64,000 nt of DNA from a virus (Duplodnaviria > Heunggongvirae > Uroviricota > Caudoviricetes): IMG/VR virus record IMGVR_UViG_3300045988_147321, one strand, 5' to 3'. Position 1 is the first letter of the stretch, and every line of letters starts with the position of its first letter. The position numbers and the translations under genes were made by a program. This document shows positions 41,900-55,080 of this stretch, piece by piece. The notes below the pieces were generated by a model that was not told the origin of the DNA, did not search any database, and was given only the letters and a program-made list of their open reading frames with translations.

Positions 41900-44800
41900 T
41901 TATGCGTATTGTTGGATGACGGCCAGAACGTCCGCCACGTTGTGTTTTGTCTCGATAATCCACCAGTTACCCGGGAAATCGCTGTTCTTCGCCTTCGCTG
42001 GCAGCCAGCGAGCGCCGAATTTCGCCTTGATTGCGTCTTTCGCACGGAAAAGAACGCCTTTCATGCCTGAGGCTTCCTGAAGCCCAAATACCTCGCCAGC
42101 GGCGAATTTTGGTGCGTACATCATCTTCAGGTCGGCGGTGGATACGCGATAATTCAGACCAAGAGACTGAGCTATGCTGGTGGCATCACCCTGTATTGAT
42201 GATAACTCTTCTTGTTTCTCGTTTCTGGCGGCAATCTCTTCCTCCGTGATGTTGCCAAGGGCTAGGTTTATCCGATCAGCGTCGGCCTGTTTCTCTTCAT
42301 CGGTGCGCCCGGCAAGAACCGTGTTAATTCTCTGCAATATCTCCACATGATTCTTGCGCATGCTGAGCAATTCCGGCGTAACCTCGTTAAGATCCACCAG
42401 CCCAAGGATGGCAAGGTCGGAAAACATTGATACCAGGTTGTAGGTCATGCGATAGCTGAGTTGACCATAGGCTGATGGCAACTTCACCGCATCCATTTGA
42501 TAGGCATCCATAAATTTAGAGCCGTCGTTTACGACATCCGCTATTGCAGGTGTGATTTTCCCTGTGGTGGCGGCCTCCCTGATTGCTGTTACCCACGATT
42601 GAGTCAGCGCGGCGACTGCATGATTCAGATTGGCTTCCCGTTCTGCTGCGATGCGCGCGCTTGCTGCGTCCATTGCCTGCTCGATCTCGGCTTTATTGCT
42701 GTAAATGCCAATGGTGCCAAACTGTGCTGTGGTGATCTCATAATCTGACGCCCGGAACTCATTGGTACCGAAAATGGCATTGGTGACTTCAAGTTCAGAA
42801 TCCCCGTTACGAGTAGCCCCCTGGCTTGTTTTTTCCGGCATTCTGGCGATCGCATCCGCTATTTTCTCCTGAATTGCTTCAGGGGATAGCGTATCTCCGT
42901 ATGACGCGATTACATCGCCATAATTGGAGCCAAACAGTTCAACCAGGAATGTTTCTGCCGAACGGATCTGGCGGTTATTCCCTTCCGACATCATACCAAG
43001 CACCCATTTTGCAATTGACGACTTCAGCGCGCCGTCACGGCGATCCGGGTAAACCGCATGCTTCAGTGGGTCCGTATAGGTACCAACAAAATCGATGCTA
43101 TAGCCTGACTCTGTAGTCTGAACGCCGTATGAGTCAGTGATTTTGATCATGCCGCGCTGCTGGAAACGGTAGAAATCGTCACAGGAAATGATGTCGTTAA
43201 TCCCGGCGATGGAGACGCCACCACTGATTTTCTGCATAACAGCATCTTCATCGGGAGTTACATCAACCTGTTTATCCAGCGTCTTCACATCCCAGTTACC
43301 CGATTTGGTGCCTTTGAAGGTAAAGATGATCTCCACGTCTGCGCGCTGGCTGTCGAAGTCCAGCGACTTAATGCGAACGATATCACCGGCACAATCATAG
43401 TATTGGCCTACACGCCATGAGCGATCGCCGATAACAAGGAACTCATTCGCATGGTTAACCAGATCAGGATCAACATCCAGAATGCCTTTATTTATTGCAT
43501 CCTCCACCAGCGGGCGCAGGCGTTTGATATCCGTCGCGGCCTTCTGAGTACGGTTCAATAATTTCTCATAGCGGGAGATGGCCTGAGAGATATTAGCCTT
43601 GCGCTGAATGGCGCTTTTCAACGACGCGCGATACTGTGCTAACAACATACGGTCTGTGTGATGGACGCTACCCCAGCGGGCTTTCCAGTCTGCGTTATCA
43701 GCTGCTTTGGCCATTACCGCCTGTTTGAATTTAGCTACCTCGGCGGTGGTCTTTTCAAGTTCCGCTTTGCTTCGCTCCAATTCAGCGGTAAGTACCTCCA
43801 CATCCTCACCAGCTGCGTGCTGCGCCTTGATGTAGTTCTGAAGGTCGATAGTAGCCTGTTCTTTCTGGCGAGCGCGTTTCGCAGCTTTCGCCTTATCCAT
43901 TTGAACCTGCATCATTGCCAGACGTTCGCCGTCATCCTTCGCGGTATACATCTGCATTTCGATCATGTCATTGGCGTCGGCGTTCTCCATTTCTGACTTA
44001 TCTGAACGGAGGATATCGGAGATCCAGCCTGCTTTACGCTTCAGCGTCTTCAGTCGGTATTCATCGAAAGACCCCTTGCCGCAGTAGTAGTGAACGCGAA
44101 CGCTTGCACGGTTGGAGCCAACTCGTGCACCGCGACCGTTACGTTGTGCGATGCTGGCTGGTGTCCATGGCAACGTCAGATGATGGATGTCAGTCGTTCC
44201 TCGATGCAGGTTGATACCCACCTCTGCCTTTTTGTTGCAGATGATGATCGGAGTCCGGCCCTCCTGGAAGTCGGCTGCAATCTTTTCCAGACCGCCCAAC
44301 GACATTTCATTTTGCTGCGCGATATAGGCGTCATACAGAGCCATTTGCTCGTTGTATTTCGCTATCTGTGCATCTGTTGGTTCATCCGGTAGCTCTTTCG
44401 GCGGTTTAACCGCTTTCAGTTTCTTACCGGTTTTACCTGCCTCGGCAACCGTCTGAGCATTCAGGATCCCCACCTTTGAAGGTTCAAGGTTTAGAGCATT
44501 GCAGATAATGCGCTTGAGCTTCTGGTGCTGCGTTTTTTCATCGGTGAAGATGATTTGCTTACCTTCCGGGAAAAACTCCTTCAGCGTGGCGATCAGCTTC
44601 GCGTATTTCGGCGTAACGGGGTGAGTTACGGTCTGTTCGTCAATGCCAAACCTGGCCAGGCGCTTATTCACTTCCTGCTCGAACGCTTCCGGAACCTGCA
44701 ACTGAATAAACTCGCCCTTATCTATCAGGGAGTATTGCGATTGCTGCGTGATTGAATCATCACTGTCGTCGTCTTCGCTGGTGGCTTGTTTAGGCAAACT

Positions 44801-47800
44801 GTCCGCCAGCTGCTGCACCGCATCGGCGTACTCCGGCAGGAAACGATAGGTGATCCGGCGATAGTACAGGTCCATGTCAGTACATACGCGGTCCATATCC
44901 CTGATTATTGAGAAGATCGGACGGGCTTTCTCGTGCTCAATCACGCCGTCTTCATTGACCGAGGTCGTTACGCCATTGTTGGCTTTGGCCGCCGCTTCCG
45001 CCTGCTGACGCAATTCTTCATACGCCGCCAGTTGTTCTTCAGTAAGTGGTGCATCCTGCTGGTGTTCGTCCAGCTCCGGGATCTCCACGGTATCCTTAAC
45101 GTCTTCCGCCGTTTTAAGCGTTACCCAGCGATGGAATATACCGCGCAGCGCATCAAGGTTTTCAAAGCCCACCAGCGCCATTTTTTCTTCAACTTCACCG
45201 CTAATTTTCTGTACCGTTTCCAGCCTGGTCTTGCCGAAGAATTTAACGAAGTCATCAGGACCGTAGATCCCCATGTTCTGCCAGTATTCCTTCGGCAGAA
45301 CATGAGAAAGCATGTTGTATGCATCGATCGGGGTGTTAACGACTGGCGTTGCAGTCAGGAGAACCGGCCCGCGCCCGCCATTCTTTTTCATCAGGTACGC
45401 GTTTTTAATTGCCATATCTCGCGCCGATTGCGCCACCGCGCTGGTGGGCAGATAGGCCAGTTGTGACGCTTCGCGACCATTTTTATAGCTATTGCGGTAG
45501 TTGTGACCTTCGTCGGCGATCACACTATCGAAGCCCATATCCTCAAAGTACGGATACTTCTCTGCTTTTTCGGTGCCGGTATCTGAATACTCCGACAATA
45601 CCCGGCGACGCGCGGCCTCTTTGCGGTGGGAGTCGGAGTCCATTGCGCTGGCTACGCGCCCGGCTGCAACGAAGTCATAAAGCATATCCTGTGCATGCTC
45701 ATCTACGGTGTCATCACGTAGCGGAATGCGGGCGTATTGTTCTTTGGTAAACACGACTGCACGGTAATTTGAGTGCGGGATCGCGTTCATCCGCGCCGTG
45801 ATAGTGGCTTCATCTGCCAGCTTAAGAGCATCGCGCATAACTGGAGTGCCATCAGTACCAAGAACAGGTTTACCGTTCTCATTGAGCACCGGCACCTGGC
45901 GAATCTGATCGCCATCCATCAGCACATCAAGACCGACGAACAGGTAGTTACTGAATGCCTCTTCACTCAGGAACTCTTTTGCTTCGTAATACCAGTTTTC
46001 CAGCACTGATTTAGGCACTACATACGCAGTACGGGTGGAGCGACCGTTCTCATAGTTGAACGCCTCAAGCGCCAGCGCGGTCGTCGTTTTACCCAGCCCG
46101 GTGCCGAAGCCCAGGATGCCGCGCCCATCTTCGGACAGTCGTCTCACCTCGCTATTCTGGTAATCAAATGGCTGGCGCTTACCGCTTAATCCCTTCACCC
46201 CAAGCGGATCGCCAGAGTGTTCATACGGGATATTGCTATTGAACACATCGTTGTATTTGGCAACCAGCTCATCGTAGCGATCGTGCGTCTTGATCCACTT
46301 ATTGAACTGGTCCTCAAGCAGTGCCATCTGCTCGCGGTAGCCGTTCGCCGTCGCGCTATCTTTGCCACCGATACGCGCACCATTGAGATACTTTTCCAGC
46401 TGTGCCGGGAACCCGGTCGCGTTTTCACCCGATTTACGGTCCCACTCGTAGCGGATCTCGCCTGTTTCTTTATCCTTGCGCTGGACGACACCGTATCGGT
46501 GCCCGACGAACAGACCATCACCACCGTGATAGGTGTCAGAAACCATTTCGTCGCCTTCCAGCTGCACTGACTGCACATAGCGCAGATCCGGATAGCCGTT
46601 TTCCTGCAAAAATTCCAGAATGACGGAGCGGTCGAACCAACGGCTATTGAGCTTAAAGCGGATATTCTCTGCTGGCGTCTTGATGCGCTTCTCTTCGATC
46701 GCTGCCAGCTGATTAAGGACGTTGTTCTTTACTGGACCGTCGGGGAGTGTGGCAAGGAATTCCTGTTTTGGTGCCACTATCTCGTTAATGTCGCCGCTGG
46801 TGGCGCGGGCGAACGGAACAATCCCGCCATACGGTGAAACCGCAATGCCAGGGGTGCTGGCCAATAAATTAAGCAACTCGTCATCACTGGCTGGCAGTTC
46901 GCCGGTAAACGCAAGGCGGAAATCATCGAGCTGGATTGGATCGCGAGTGAGATCACTGTAGAGATAACGCAGGGTGTCCTGATAGCTGGTGGAGTCATAA
47001 CTGGCGCTGGAATCATGCGTAACCAGTTTTCCTGTCAGCTCGTCAGAAATAGTGCCATCCAGCTTAATTGCACCACGGAAAGCAAACCAGGCGCGCGCAC
47101 CGCTCCCCGATAATTTCGCTATCGGACCGCGACCGGGGTTACCAAAACGGTCAATCTCTGCCTGCAAACGGGATACCAGAGAAAGGCGCTGCTGTTCGAT
47201 TTGTTCAGCACTATGCCCGGCGGCCTTCATGTCCTGATATTCAATTAACATCCGGCCAATCATCGCCCCGCGATACAAGCGTTCACGGTATTTTTCAGGC
47301 TGGCTGTTAATCCAGTCCACCAGCTGCACCATATCGTCGCTGATTGATGTGGTGTACTTATCGCGGACATTTGCCATCTGGGTAAATGTCATACCGAGAC
47401 GGCCTTCTGTTGTAGTCAGGTTTCGCTGAAGAGCCTCCCAGCTGTCCGCGCCATAACTGGCAACATCAATCTTCAGCTCCTTCCCTGCATCAGATTCAAT
47501 CCAGCGACCACCAGCATATTTTTGCCATACGCCATTAATCAGGCGCATTTCCCCTTCATCAACAACATCTGCGGTCGGTGACGGTTCAGCCATATCGAGC
47601 AAAGACCAGTCGATACGACTTTCGAAACGATGAATCAGCTTCGCTTTAAGAGCCTGGTTATCAATCTGCCCGTCGGCACGAACCTCAATACGCCCCTGGA
47701 AGCCCTTTTCCTGGGTACCATGAACAAACCGGCGGCCGTCCTTTTCAAACCACTTGCCAGAAATAAACGTTGGCCAAAGCACATTTGCCGATTCAAGAGT

Positions 47801-48667
47801 GCTTTCATCCACCAGGGGGATTTTCTCAGCCATCTCTGCCGGATGTTTGCGCATCAGCACCACATCTACGACCGTACTGGTCCCGTTTGCGTCAAAAGTA
47901 CCGGTAGGCAAGCGGTGAGCGCCAAGAAATTCAGCTTTACGGGATAGGCGCAGGCGCAACCGCTTCATGTTTGAACCTGAAACAATGGACGGCGGCACAA
48001 TCACACACATGAATCCGCCTGGCTTTATCTTGTCCAGCATGCGGAGCATGAAGTAAGACCCCATGTCCGTTTCTTCTGCGTAAGGCTTATCGATGTTGCG
48101 TGTGTTATCACGACCGCCGAACGGAACGTTACCCACAACATGGTCGAATGAATCGTTAGGCGTGCTTACAGCCAGTTGTTCGAACGGGGAAATCTGTACG
48201 CTGTCTTCCGGATGTAACAGCTGGTTTATACGACCGGAAACACTGCTGATCTCAGTCGCGGTCATCACCGTACCAACCGGTTTTGTCTCATTAAAAACGC
48301 CGGTGCCCGCCGATGGTTCCAGAGTGTTACCTACGTCCGCACCGTAGAGCTTCATGATCTCCCAGACACCTTCAGCGATCGGCTTTGGTGTGTAATATTC
48401 GGAGACGGACCCGCCAATGCCGCCTTCACCAGTGTACCCGGCCAGGATCTGGCGCTGTTCATCTGTCAGTGTCGCGCCGTCCACCAGCGAATTAAGCAAA
48501 TCTATCGCCTTCTGATTCGCCTCCCGGCGCAGTCGGTCATAGCTTTTGCCTTCCACCTTTTCCACGCCGTATTTAATCGGCGCTCGGTGAGATGTTATTG
48601 CCCTAATGTATTTCAATATTTCGCTGACACTTGAACAGCGAAACACACCCATAGATAGCTTGTTCAT
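41900..48667 (-). CDS. darB: Giant antirestriction protein with N6-adenine methyltransferase and DExH helicase domains
   Basis: 2255 aa; MTase motif GNVPFGG, helicase Walker A GFGTGLGKTT and DEGH box; size matches P1 DarB. Confidence 0.85.
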   Translation of the reverse strand: MNKLSMGVFRCSSVSEILKYIRAITSHRAPIKYGVEKVEGKSYDRLRREANQKAIDLLNSLVDGATLTDEQRQILAGYTGEGGIGGSVSEYYTPKPIAEGVWEIMKLYGADVGNTLEPSAGTGVFNETKPVGTVMTATEISSVSGRINQLLHPEDSVQISPFEQLAVSTPNDSFDHVVGNVPFGGRDNTRNIDKPYAEETDMGSYFMLRMLDKIKPGGFMCVIVPPSIVSGSNMKRLRLRLSRKAEFLGAHRLPTGTFDANGTSTVVDVVLMRKHPAEMAEKIPLVDESTLESANVLWPTFISGKWFEKDGRRFVHGTQEKGFQGRIEVRADGQIDNQALKAKLIHRFESRIDWSLLDMAEPSPTADVVDEGEMRLINGVWQKYAGGRWIESDAGKELKIDVASYGADSWEALQRNLTTTEGRLGMTFTQMANVRDKYTTSISDDMVQLVDWINSQPEKYRERLYRGAMIGRMLIEYQDMKAAGHSAEQIEQQRLSLVSRLQAEIDRFGNPGRGPIAKLSGSGARAWFAFRGAIKLDGTISDELTGKLVTHDSSASYDSTSYQDTLRYLYSDLTRDPIQLDDFRLAFTGELPASDDELLNLLASTPGIAVSPYGGIVPFARATSGDINEIVAPKQEFLATLPDGPVKNNVLNQLAAIEEKRIKTPAENIRFKLNSRWFDRSVILEFLQENGYPDLRYVQSVQLEGDEMVSDTYHGGDGLFVGHRYGVVQRKDKETGEIRYEWDRKSGENATGFPAQLEKYLNGARIGGKDSATANGYREQMALLEDQFNKWIKTHDRYDELVAKYNDVFNSNIPYEHSGDPLGVKGLSGKRQPFDYQNSEVRRLSEDGRGILGFGTGLGKTTTALALEAFNYENGRSTRTAYVVPKSVLENWYYEAKEFLSEEAFSNYLFVGLDVLMDGDQIRQVPVLNENGKPVLGTDGTPVMRDALKLADEATITARMNAIPHSNYRAVVFTKEQYARIPLRDDTVDEHAQDMLYDFVAAGRVASAMDSDSHRKEAARRRVLSEYSDTGTEKAEKYPYFEDMGFDSVIADEGHNYRNSYKNGREASQLAYLPTSAVAQSARDMAIKNAYLMKKNGGRGPVLLTATPVVNTPIDAYNMLSHVLPKEYWQNMGIYGPDDFVKFFGKTRLETVQKISGEVEEKMALVGFENLDALRGIFHRWVTLKTAEDVKDTVEIPELDEHQQDAPLTEEQLAAYEELRQQAEAAAKANNGVTTSVNEDGVIEHEKARPIFSIIRDMDRVCTDMDLYYRRITYRFLPEYADAVQQLADSLPKQATSEDDDSDDSITQQSQYSLIDKGEFIQLQVPEAFEQEVNKRLARFGIDEQTVTHPVTPKYAKLIATLKEFFPEGKQIIFTDEKTQHQKLKRIICNALNLEPSKVGILNAQTVAEAGKTGKKLKAVKPPKELPDEPTDAQIAKYNEQMALYDAYIAQQNEMSLGGLEKIAADFQEGRTPIIICNKKAEVGINLHRGTTDIHHLTLPWTPASIAQRNGRGARVGSNRASVRVHYYCGKGSFDEYRLKTLKRKAGWISDILRSDKSEMENADANDMIEMQMYTAKDDGERLAMMQVQMDKAKAAKRARQKEQATIDLQNYIKAQHAAGEDVEVLTAELERSKAELEKTTAEVAKFKQAVMAKAADNADWKARWGSVHHTDRMLLAQYRASLKSAIQRKANISQAISRYEKLLNRTQKAATDIKRLRPLVEDAINKGILDVDPDLVNHANEFLVIGDRSWRVGQYYDCAGDIVRIKSLDFDSQRADVEIIFTFKGTKSGNWDVKTLDKQVDVTPDEDAVMQKISGGVSIAGINDIISCDDFYRFQQRGMIKITDSYGVQTTESGYSIDFVGTYTDPLKHAVYPDRRDGALKSSIAKWVLGMMSEGNNRQIRSAETFLVELFGSNYGDVIASYGDTLSPEAIQEKIADAIARMPEKTSQGATRNGDSELEVTNAIFGTNEFRASDYEITTAQFGTIGIYSNKAEIEQAMDAASARIAAEREANLNHAVAALTQSWVTAIREAATTGKITPAIADVVNDGSKFMDAYQMDAVKLPSAYGQLSYRMTYNLVSMFSDLAILGLVDLNEVTPELLSMRKNHVEILQRINTVLAGRTDEEKQADADRINLALGNITEEEIAARNEKQEELSSIQGDATSIAQSLGLNYRVSTADLKMMYAPKFAAGEVFGLQEASGMKGVLFRAKDAIKAKFGARWLPAKAKNSDFPGNWWIIETKHNVADVLAVIQQYA

Positions 48668-48678
48668 TGGTAATCCTT

Positions 48679-48700
48679 AACAAGTGACTAGTGTTAAATT
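48679..48700 (+). promoter_or_regulatory. Candidate late promoter upstream of prt
   Basis: AACAAGTGACTAG then 3 nt then TAAATT. Confidence 0.3.
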
Positions 48701-48733
48701 CCGTTCAAACACGATGCGAATTATTCTAATTAA

Positions 48734-51464
<2,731 letters not shown>

Positions 51465-51477
51465 CCACCAAAAATAA

Positions 51478-51495
51478 CCCCGGCGGCTGCCGGGG
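51478..51495. terminator. Bidirectional intrinsic terminator
   Basis: CCCCGGC-ggct-GCCGGGG with an A-tract before and TTCTCGTT after. Confidence 0.55.
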
Positions 51496-51508
51496 TTCTC
51501 GTTAACTA

Positions 51509-51763
51509 TTATCGCCTTCGCCTGCGTGCCATATATTTGCGCACCGCGCGGCGTGGACAATCTGAAGCGGTTTCTTTCTGCTGCATCAATCTTGCAGCCA
51601 TGCTCAAAAATGTCAGGCACAGCCGAAGCCCGGCATACAATAGCGGTTCCAGTGGCCACGTCTCATTGAGCACATATACCGCCATGAAAATCGAGTCGAA
51701 AACTATCGCCGCCAGCGATAACTTCATTGTCGAAAGTCGGCGGAGCTGCCGGAGTTTATTCAT
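51509..51763 (-). CDS. Small two-segment membrane protein downstream of lyz (possible holin-like lysis accessory protein)
   Basis: 84 aa; two hydrophobic stretches and a basic tail (ARRRRR); 8-nt overlap with the lyz stop. Confidence 0.35.
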   Translation of the reverse strand: MNKLRQLRRLSTMKLSLAAIVFDSIFMAVYVLNETWPLEPLLYAGLRLCLTFLSMAARLMQQKETASDCPRRAVRKYMARRRRR

Positions 51764-52313
51764 TGACCAGTCCCGTCAGGCAAAGCTGGCGTTCTTTTTC
51801 ACGGCGAATCTTTAAACCTCGCAGGGGCACGCCGTTACTGTTCACGAAATCAGGGAGATGGTTACACATATTCACCCATTCCCCTTTCTGCGCCCACTTG
51901 TGGATGGACGTTTCTACTCGCATGCCTCGCGCTTTGCTGTAGTAGGTCCGTAAGCTATTGCATCCCATATTGAATGCCGCGCTTGTCATTGCACTGAAGG
52001 CATTATCGGGCATGTCTTTGCCCCGGAAGTGCTGATTAATACAGCGTTCAGCGATCAGGATATTCTTTTCCCAATCAGCGGCGATTTGCTGGTCTGTTTT
52101 TCGCACACCCGGCGTTACCCCGTGTGTATTACCGATCCCGTCAGTCCATACCCCTGCCGGGCACATGTATGGATCACGTCGGCAACCTTCAGCGTTACCA
52201 ATCAGCTCAAGCCCCGCCTGGTTGGTTCGCACATTGCCATTACCCATCACGATGGTAATCATCACCGCGATAGCGCAAATTGCACCGCCTCCTGCGGCTG
52301 TTTTTCCCTTCAT
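51756..52313 (-). CDS. lyz: SAR endolysin (T4-lysozyme-like muramidase with an N-terminal signal-anchor-release segment)
   Basis: 185 aa from MKGKTAAGGGAICAIAVMITIV; catalytic region EGCRRDPYMCPAGVWTDGIGNT. Confidence 0.8.
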   Translation of the reverse strand: MKGKTAAGGGAICAIAVMITIVMGNGNVRTNQAGLELIGNAEGCRRDPYMCPAGVWTDGIGNTHGVTPGVRKTDQQIAADWEKNILIAERCINQHFRGKDMPDNAFSAMTSAAFNMGCNSLRTYYSKARGMRVETSIHKWAQKGEWVNMCNHLPDFVNSNGVPLRGLKIRREKERQLCLTGLVNE

Positions 52314-52400
52314 AAAGACCTCATAAGCGAATTTTTTACGCTCCAGGACAAACACTCATTCACAGCCAATACCGACTGACTCGATCCCTTTAGAAGGCAC

Positions 52401-52422
52401 AGGATAATGCAAATCACTTGTT
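52401..52422 (-). promoter_or_regulatory. Candidate late promoter upstream of lyz
   Basis: Minus strand reads AACAAGTGATTTG then 3 nt then TATCCT. Confidence 0.3.
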
Positions 52423-52445
52423 AGCCACGTTTCAAAGATATACAT

Positions 52446-52462
52446 TATTGCTCTAATTAATT
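52446..52462 (+). promoter_or_regulatory. C1 operator-like 17-mer upstream of ssb
   Basis: ATTGCTCTAATTAATTT, 16/17. Confidence 0.5.
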
Positions 52463-52482
52463 TATTTTATTAGGTAAGAAAA

Positions 52483-52971
52483 GTGGCACAACGCGGTGTA
52501 AACAAAGTCATCCTGATTGGTACCCTGGGGCAAGACCCGGAGATCAGGTATATACCAAATGGCGGCGCAGTCGGAAGACTCAGCATCGCAACGAATGAAT
52601 CATGGCGCGATAAGCAAACGGGCCAACAGAAAGAGCAAACAGAATGGCATAAAGTCGTTTTGTTCGGAAAACTTGCTGAAATTGCGAGTGAGTATTTACG
52701 AAAAGGTTCTCAGGTCTACATCGAAGGGAAACTTAAAACCCGTAAGTGGACTGATGACGCCGGTGTAGAACGTTACACGACGGAAATTATCGTCAGCCAG
52801 GGCGGCACCATGCAAATGATCGGCACTCGCCGCGACGATTCACAGTCCTCAAATGGCTGGGGGCAGTCAAACCAACCTCAAAACCACCAGCAATACAGCG
52901 GTGGCGGCAAACCTCAGAGCAGCGCCAATAACGAACCTCCAATGGACTTTGAAGACGATATTCCGTTTTAG
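52483..52971 (+). CDS. ssb: Single-stranded DNA-binding protein
   Basis: 162 aa; OB-fold core, Gly/Gln-rich tail ending DDIPF. Confidence 0.9.
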   Translation: MAQRGVNKVILIGTLGQDPEIRYIPNGGAVGRLSIATNESWRDKQTGQQKEQTEWHKVVLFGKLAEIASEYLRKGSQVYIEGKLKTRKWTDDAGVERYTTEIIVSQGGTMQMIGTRRDDSQSSNGWGQSNQPQNHQQYSGGGKPQSSANNEPPMDFEDDIPF

Positions 52972-53053
52972 AGTTTATGAGTAAAAAACGACTGAAAGAA
53001 AAGCGGTGGTCCAAACGCCAACAAAAGCACGAACTCGCTAAAAAACGCCAAAG

Positions 53054-53962
53054 TTGGCAATGGCACGCGTTTTTAACGAACAGAACACCACGAGATATTG
53101 CTTTCGCTGGTGGGAAAACATTCCTAACCCACCTGAAGACGCAATACATCATTTTTTAAGCAGAGAAAAGACTATGACAGCACAAAATACTAAAACCATT
53201 CAATACCGCCTACGTAATGGCCAGAGTGTCGAAGTGACCATCAATAATGATGGAGTACCTGGCGAAAAGGTTTCTATCTCTGATCTGGCTATCGAAAAAA
53301 CCATCATGTGCCACCTTGGCTTTACTGAAGAAGTGAGCAAAAAGCATGGTGTAGCAATCTGGAGCGCAATGGATACTGGTATGCGCAAATTCATTACTGC
53401 TCGTACCCCAGGGATGACCATGATGGACCTCATGCAGATTGCGCCGCTGTTTGAATGTGAGCCTTTAGATGTATTCAGCAATCCAGCTATCTGCCAGCAG
53501 TTATATGGTGAGATGAAACTCGCGGTTACCCCCATTGTGCTGCATGAAGGATCGCTTGCTGGCGTGTGGAAAGTAGAGCGTATTTCAAGCTACATGCCTT
53601 TCCATGTCAACGGCGTAATCACTGGTGAAAATCAACCTGTTTCCGTTATAAAGTCAGACCTCAAGCGCGCAATTCTTGAAGCAAGTTGTCGAGTTGTCGG
53701 CCTGGGCAAACAGTCTTATGTTTCCTTCCCGGCTGGCCCTGAAGGCCCGGCAGAAATTCTGATTATGGATGCCGATCTGCTATGGCAAATACAGTTTCTG
53801 ATTGGCAAAAGCATCATCCGCGCTGAAGAACTCGATCAGTACATTACCTGCACGATGACGGATGAAGTCAAAAGTGTGGCTATAGCCAATGCCCGGAACC
53901 TATGTCGTGCTGCATTAACAGAACTGCAAGAAAACACCACGGAAGAGGTGGAAAGTGATTAA
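53054..53962 (+). CDS. Hypothetical protein coupled to the terminase-like paralog
   Basis: 302-aa ORF (possibly from MTAQNTK at about 53173); its stop overlaps the GTG start of the next gene. Confidence 0.4.
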   Translation: MAMARVFNEQNTTRYCFRWWENIPNPPEDAIHHFLSREKTMTAQNTKTIQYRLRNGQSVEVTINNDGVPGEKVSISDLAIEKTIMCHLGFTEEVSKKHGVAIWSAMDTGMRKFITARTPGMTMMDLMQIAPLFECEPLDVFSNPAICQQLYGEMKLAVTPIVLHEGSLAGVWKVERISSYMPFHVNGVITGENQPVSVIKSDLKRAILEASCRVVGLGKQSYVSFPAGPEGPAEILIMDADLLWQIQFLIGKSIIRAEELDQYITCTMTDEVKSVAIANARNLCRAALTELQENTTEEVESD

Positions 53963-55049
53963 TCGTATACAGAATGAATCTGCCTGGTTAGCACTGATAG
54001 AACGGTATAAAGACAATTGGGAACTGGCAGCAAAAGAGTTGCTTGATATTGAGTTAACACCTCATCAAGCAAAAATTATTAACGCGATAAAGAACACCGG
54101 AGCCAAAATCACTGCCACCACACCACATGGTATTGGGGAAACCTCTATTGTGGCAGTGATTAGCATCCTGCAAACAATACTGTATTCGTGTTCCCGTACA
54201 GTGGTTGTTTCTCCTGCGATTAACGATTGTCGAAAAACAATAATTGACTATATGTTCCGTTATTGGGAGCGAGTTACCCAAAAACACCCTTTTCTTGGCA
54301 ATTATTTCAGAATACACCCTGACAAAGGGTTGGTGCATATCAGTGAAACATGGGGATGCGTCTATATAACCTATTGTCTGAATAACGAAGAGTCTCTGGC
54401 TGGTTTTACTGGACCGCACGATCTTTTCATCGTTATTAACTCGGCGGAAATCAGCGATCGCGCTCATGCAGTGATAACTGGCAATTTAACCAATTATGAC
54501 TCGCGCCTGCTGTTGCTGTCGAAACCATCGGAACGCGAGAAAGGGTACTTTTATGATTCGCATCACCGGTTGGCCCATAGTAAAAACAATCCTGCTGGTT
54601 TTTTCACGGCGATAACTCTAAACACAGAGGATTCACCTCTCGTTTCTGAAGCATATCTTGAATTCAAAGCCAAAGAGTTTGGTGGGCGCAATAGCGATGA
54701 ATATCGCCGATTGATCTTGGGGAAATTCCCCGGGATTCGGGAGTTGATGGAAAAGTCATCTGTTCCCCGTAATATGCACTTCACAATGACTGACGGTAGT
54801 AAATGGGTAGTGCCTACGATCGTGATCGCCAAACACCATGCGAAACATCACGCTCAAAAACACAACTCCAGCACATTAGACTGGCTGAAGGCCTATACAA
54901 TACCGTTATTCTCGGCAAACCATAACGCTATAACTGAATGGGCTAAACAAATCCCCTGGCAGGATGTGGCTGAAGAGGCATTTGTCGAAAAACCACCAAG
55001 AGATATGCACGAGCACTGTTGGCTGACATCAGAAAAGAGTTTCTCGTGA
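53955..55049 (+). CDS. Terminase-large-subunit-like paralog with degenerate ATPase motifs and no nuclease domain
   Basis: 364 aa; aligns with the PacB N-terminal domain, but Walker A reads PHGIGETS (Lys to Glu) and Walker B reads VINSAE (Asp-Glu lost). Confidence 0.6.
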   Translation: MINRIQNESAWLALIERYKDNWELAAKELLDIELTPHQAKIINAIKNTGAKITATTPHGIGETSIVAVISILQTILYSCSRTVVVSPAINDCRKTIIDYMFRYWERVTQKHPFLGNYFRIHPDKGLVHISETWGCVYITYCLNNEESLAGFTGPHDLFIVINSAEISDRAHAVITGNLTNYDSRLLLLSKPSEREKGYFYDSHHRLAHSKNNPAGFFTAITLNTEDSPLVSEAYLEFKAKEFGGRNSDEYRRLILGKFPGIRELMEKSSVPRNMHFTMTDGSKWVVPTIVIAKHHAKHHAQKHNSSTLDWLKAYTIPLFSANHNAITEWAKQIPWQDVAEEAFVEKPPRDMHEHCWLTSEKSFS

Positions 55050-55080
55050 GGTAAAAATCCCGCCAATTGGCGGGATTTCT

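Noticed and set aside
42000-48400. Numerous 60-180-aa ORFs on the plus strand inside darB
   Set aside because: They are antisense to a continuous 2255-aa ORF with clear methyltransferase and helicase motifs; these are spurious frames.
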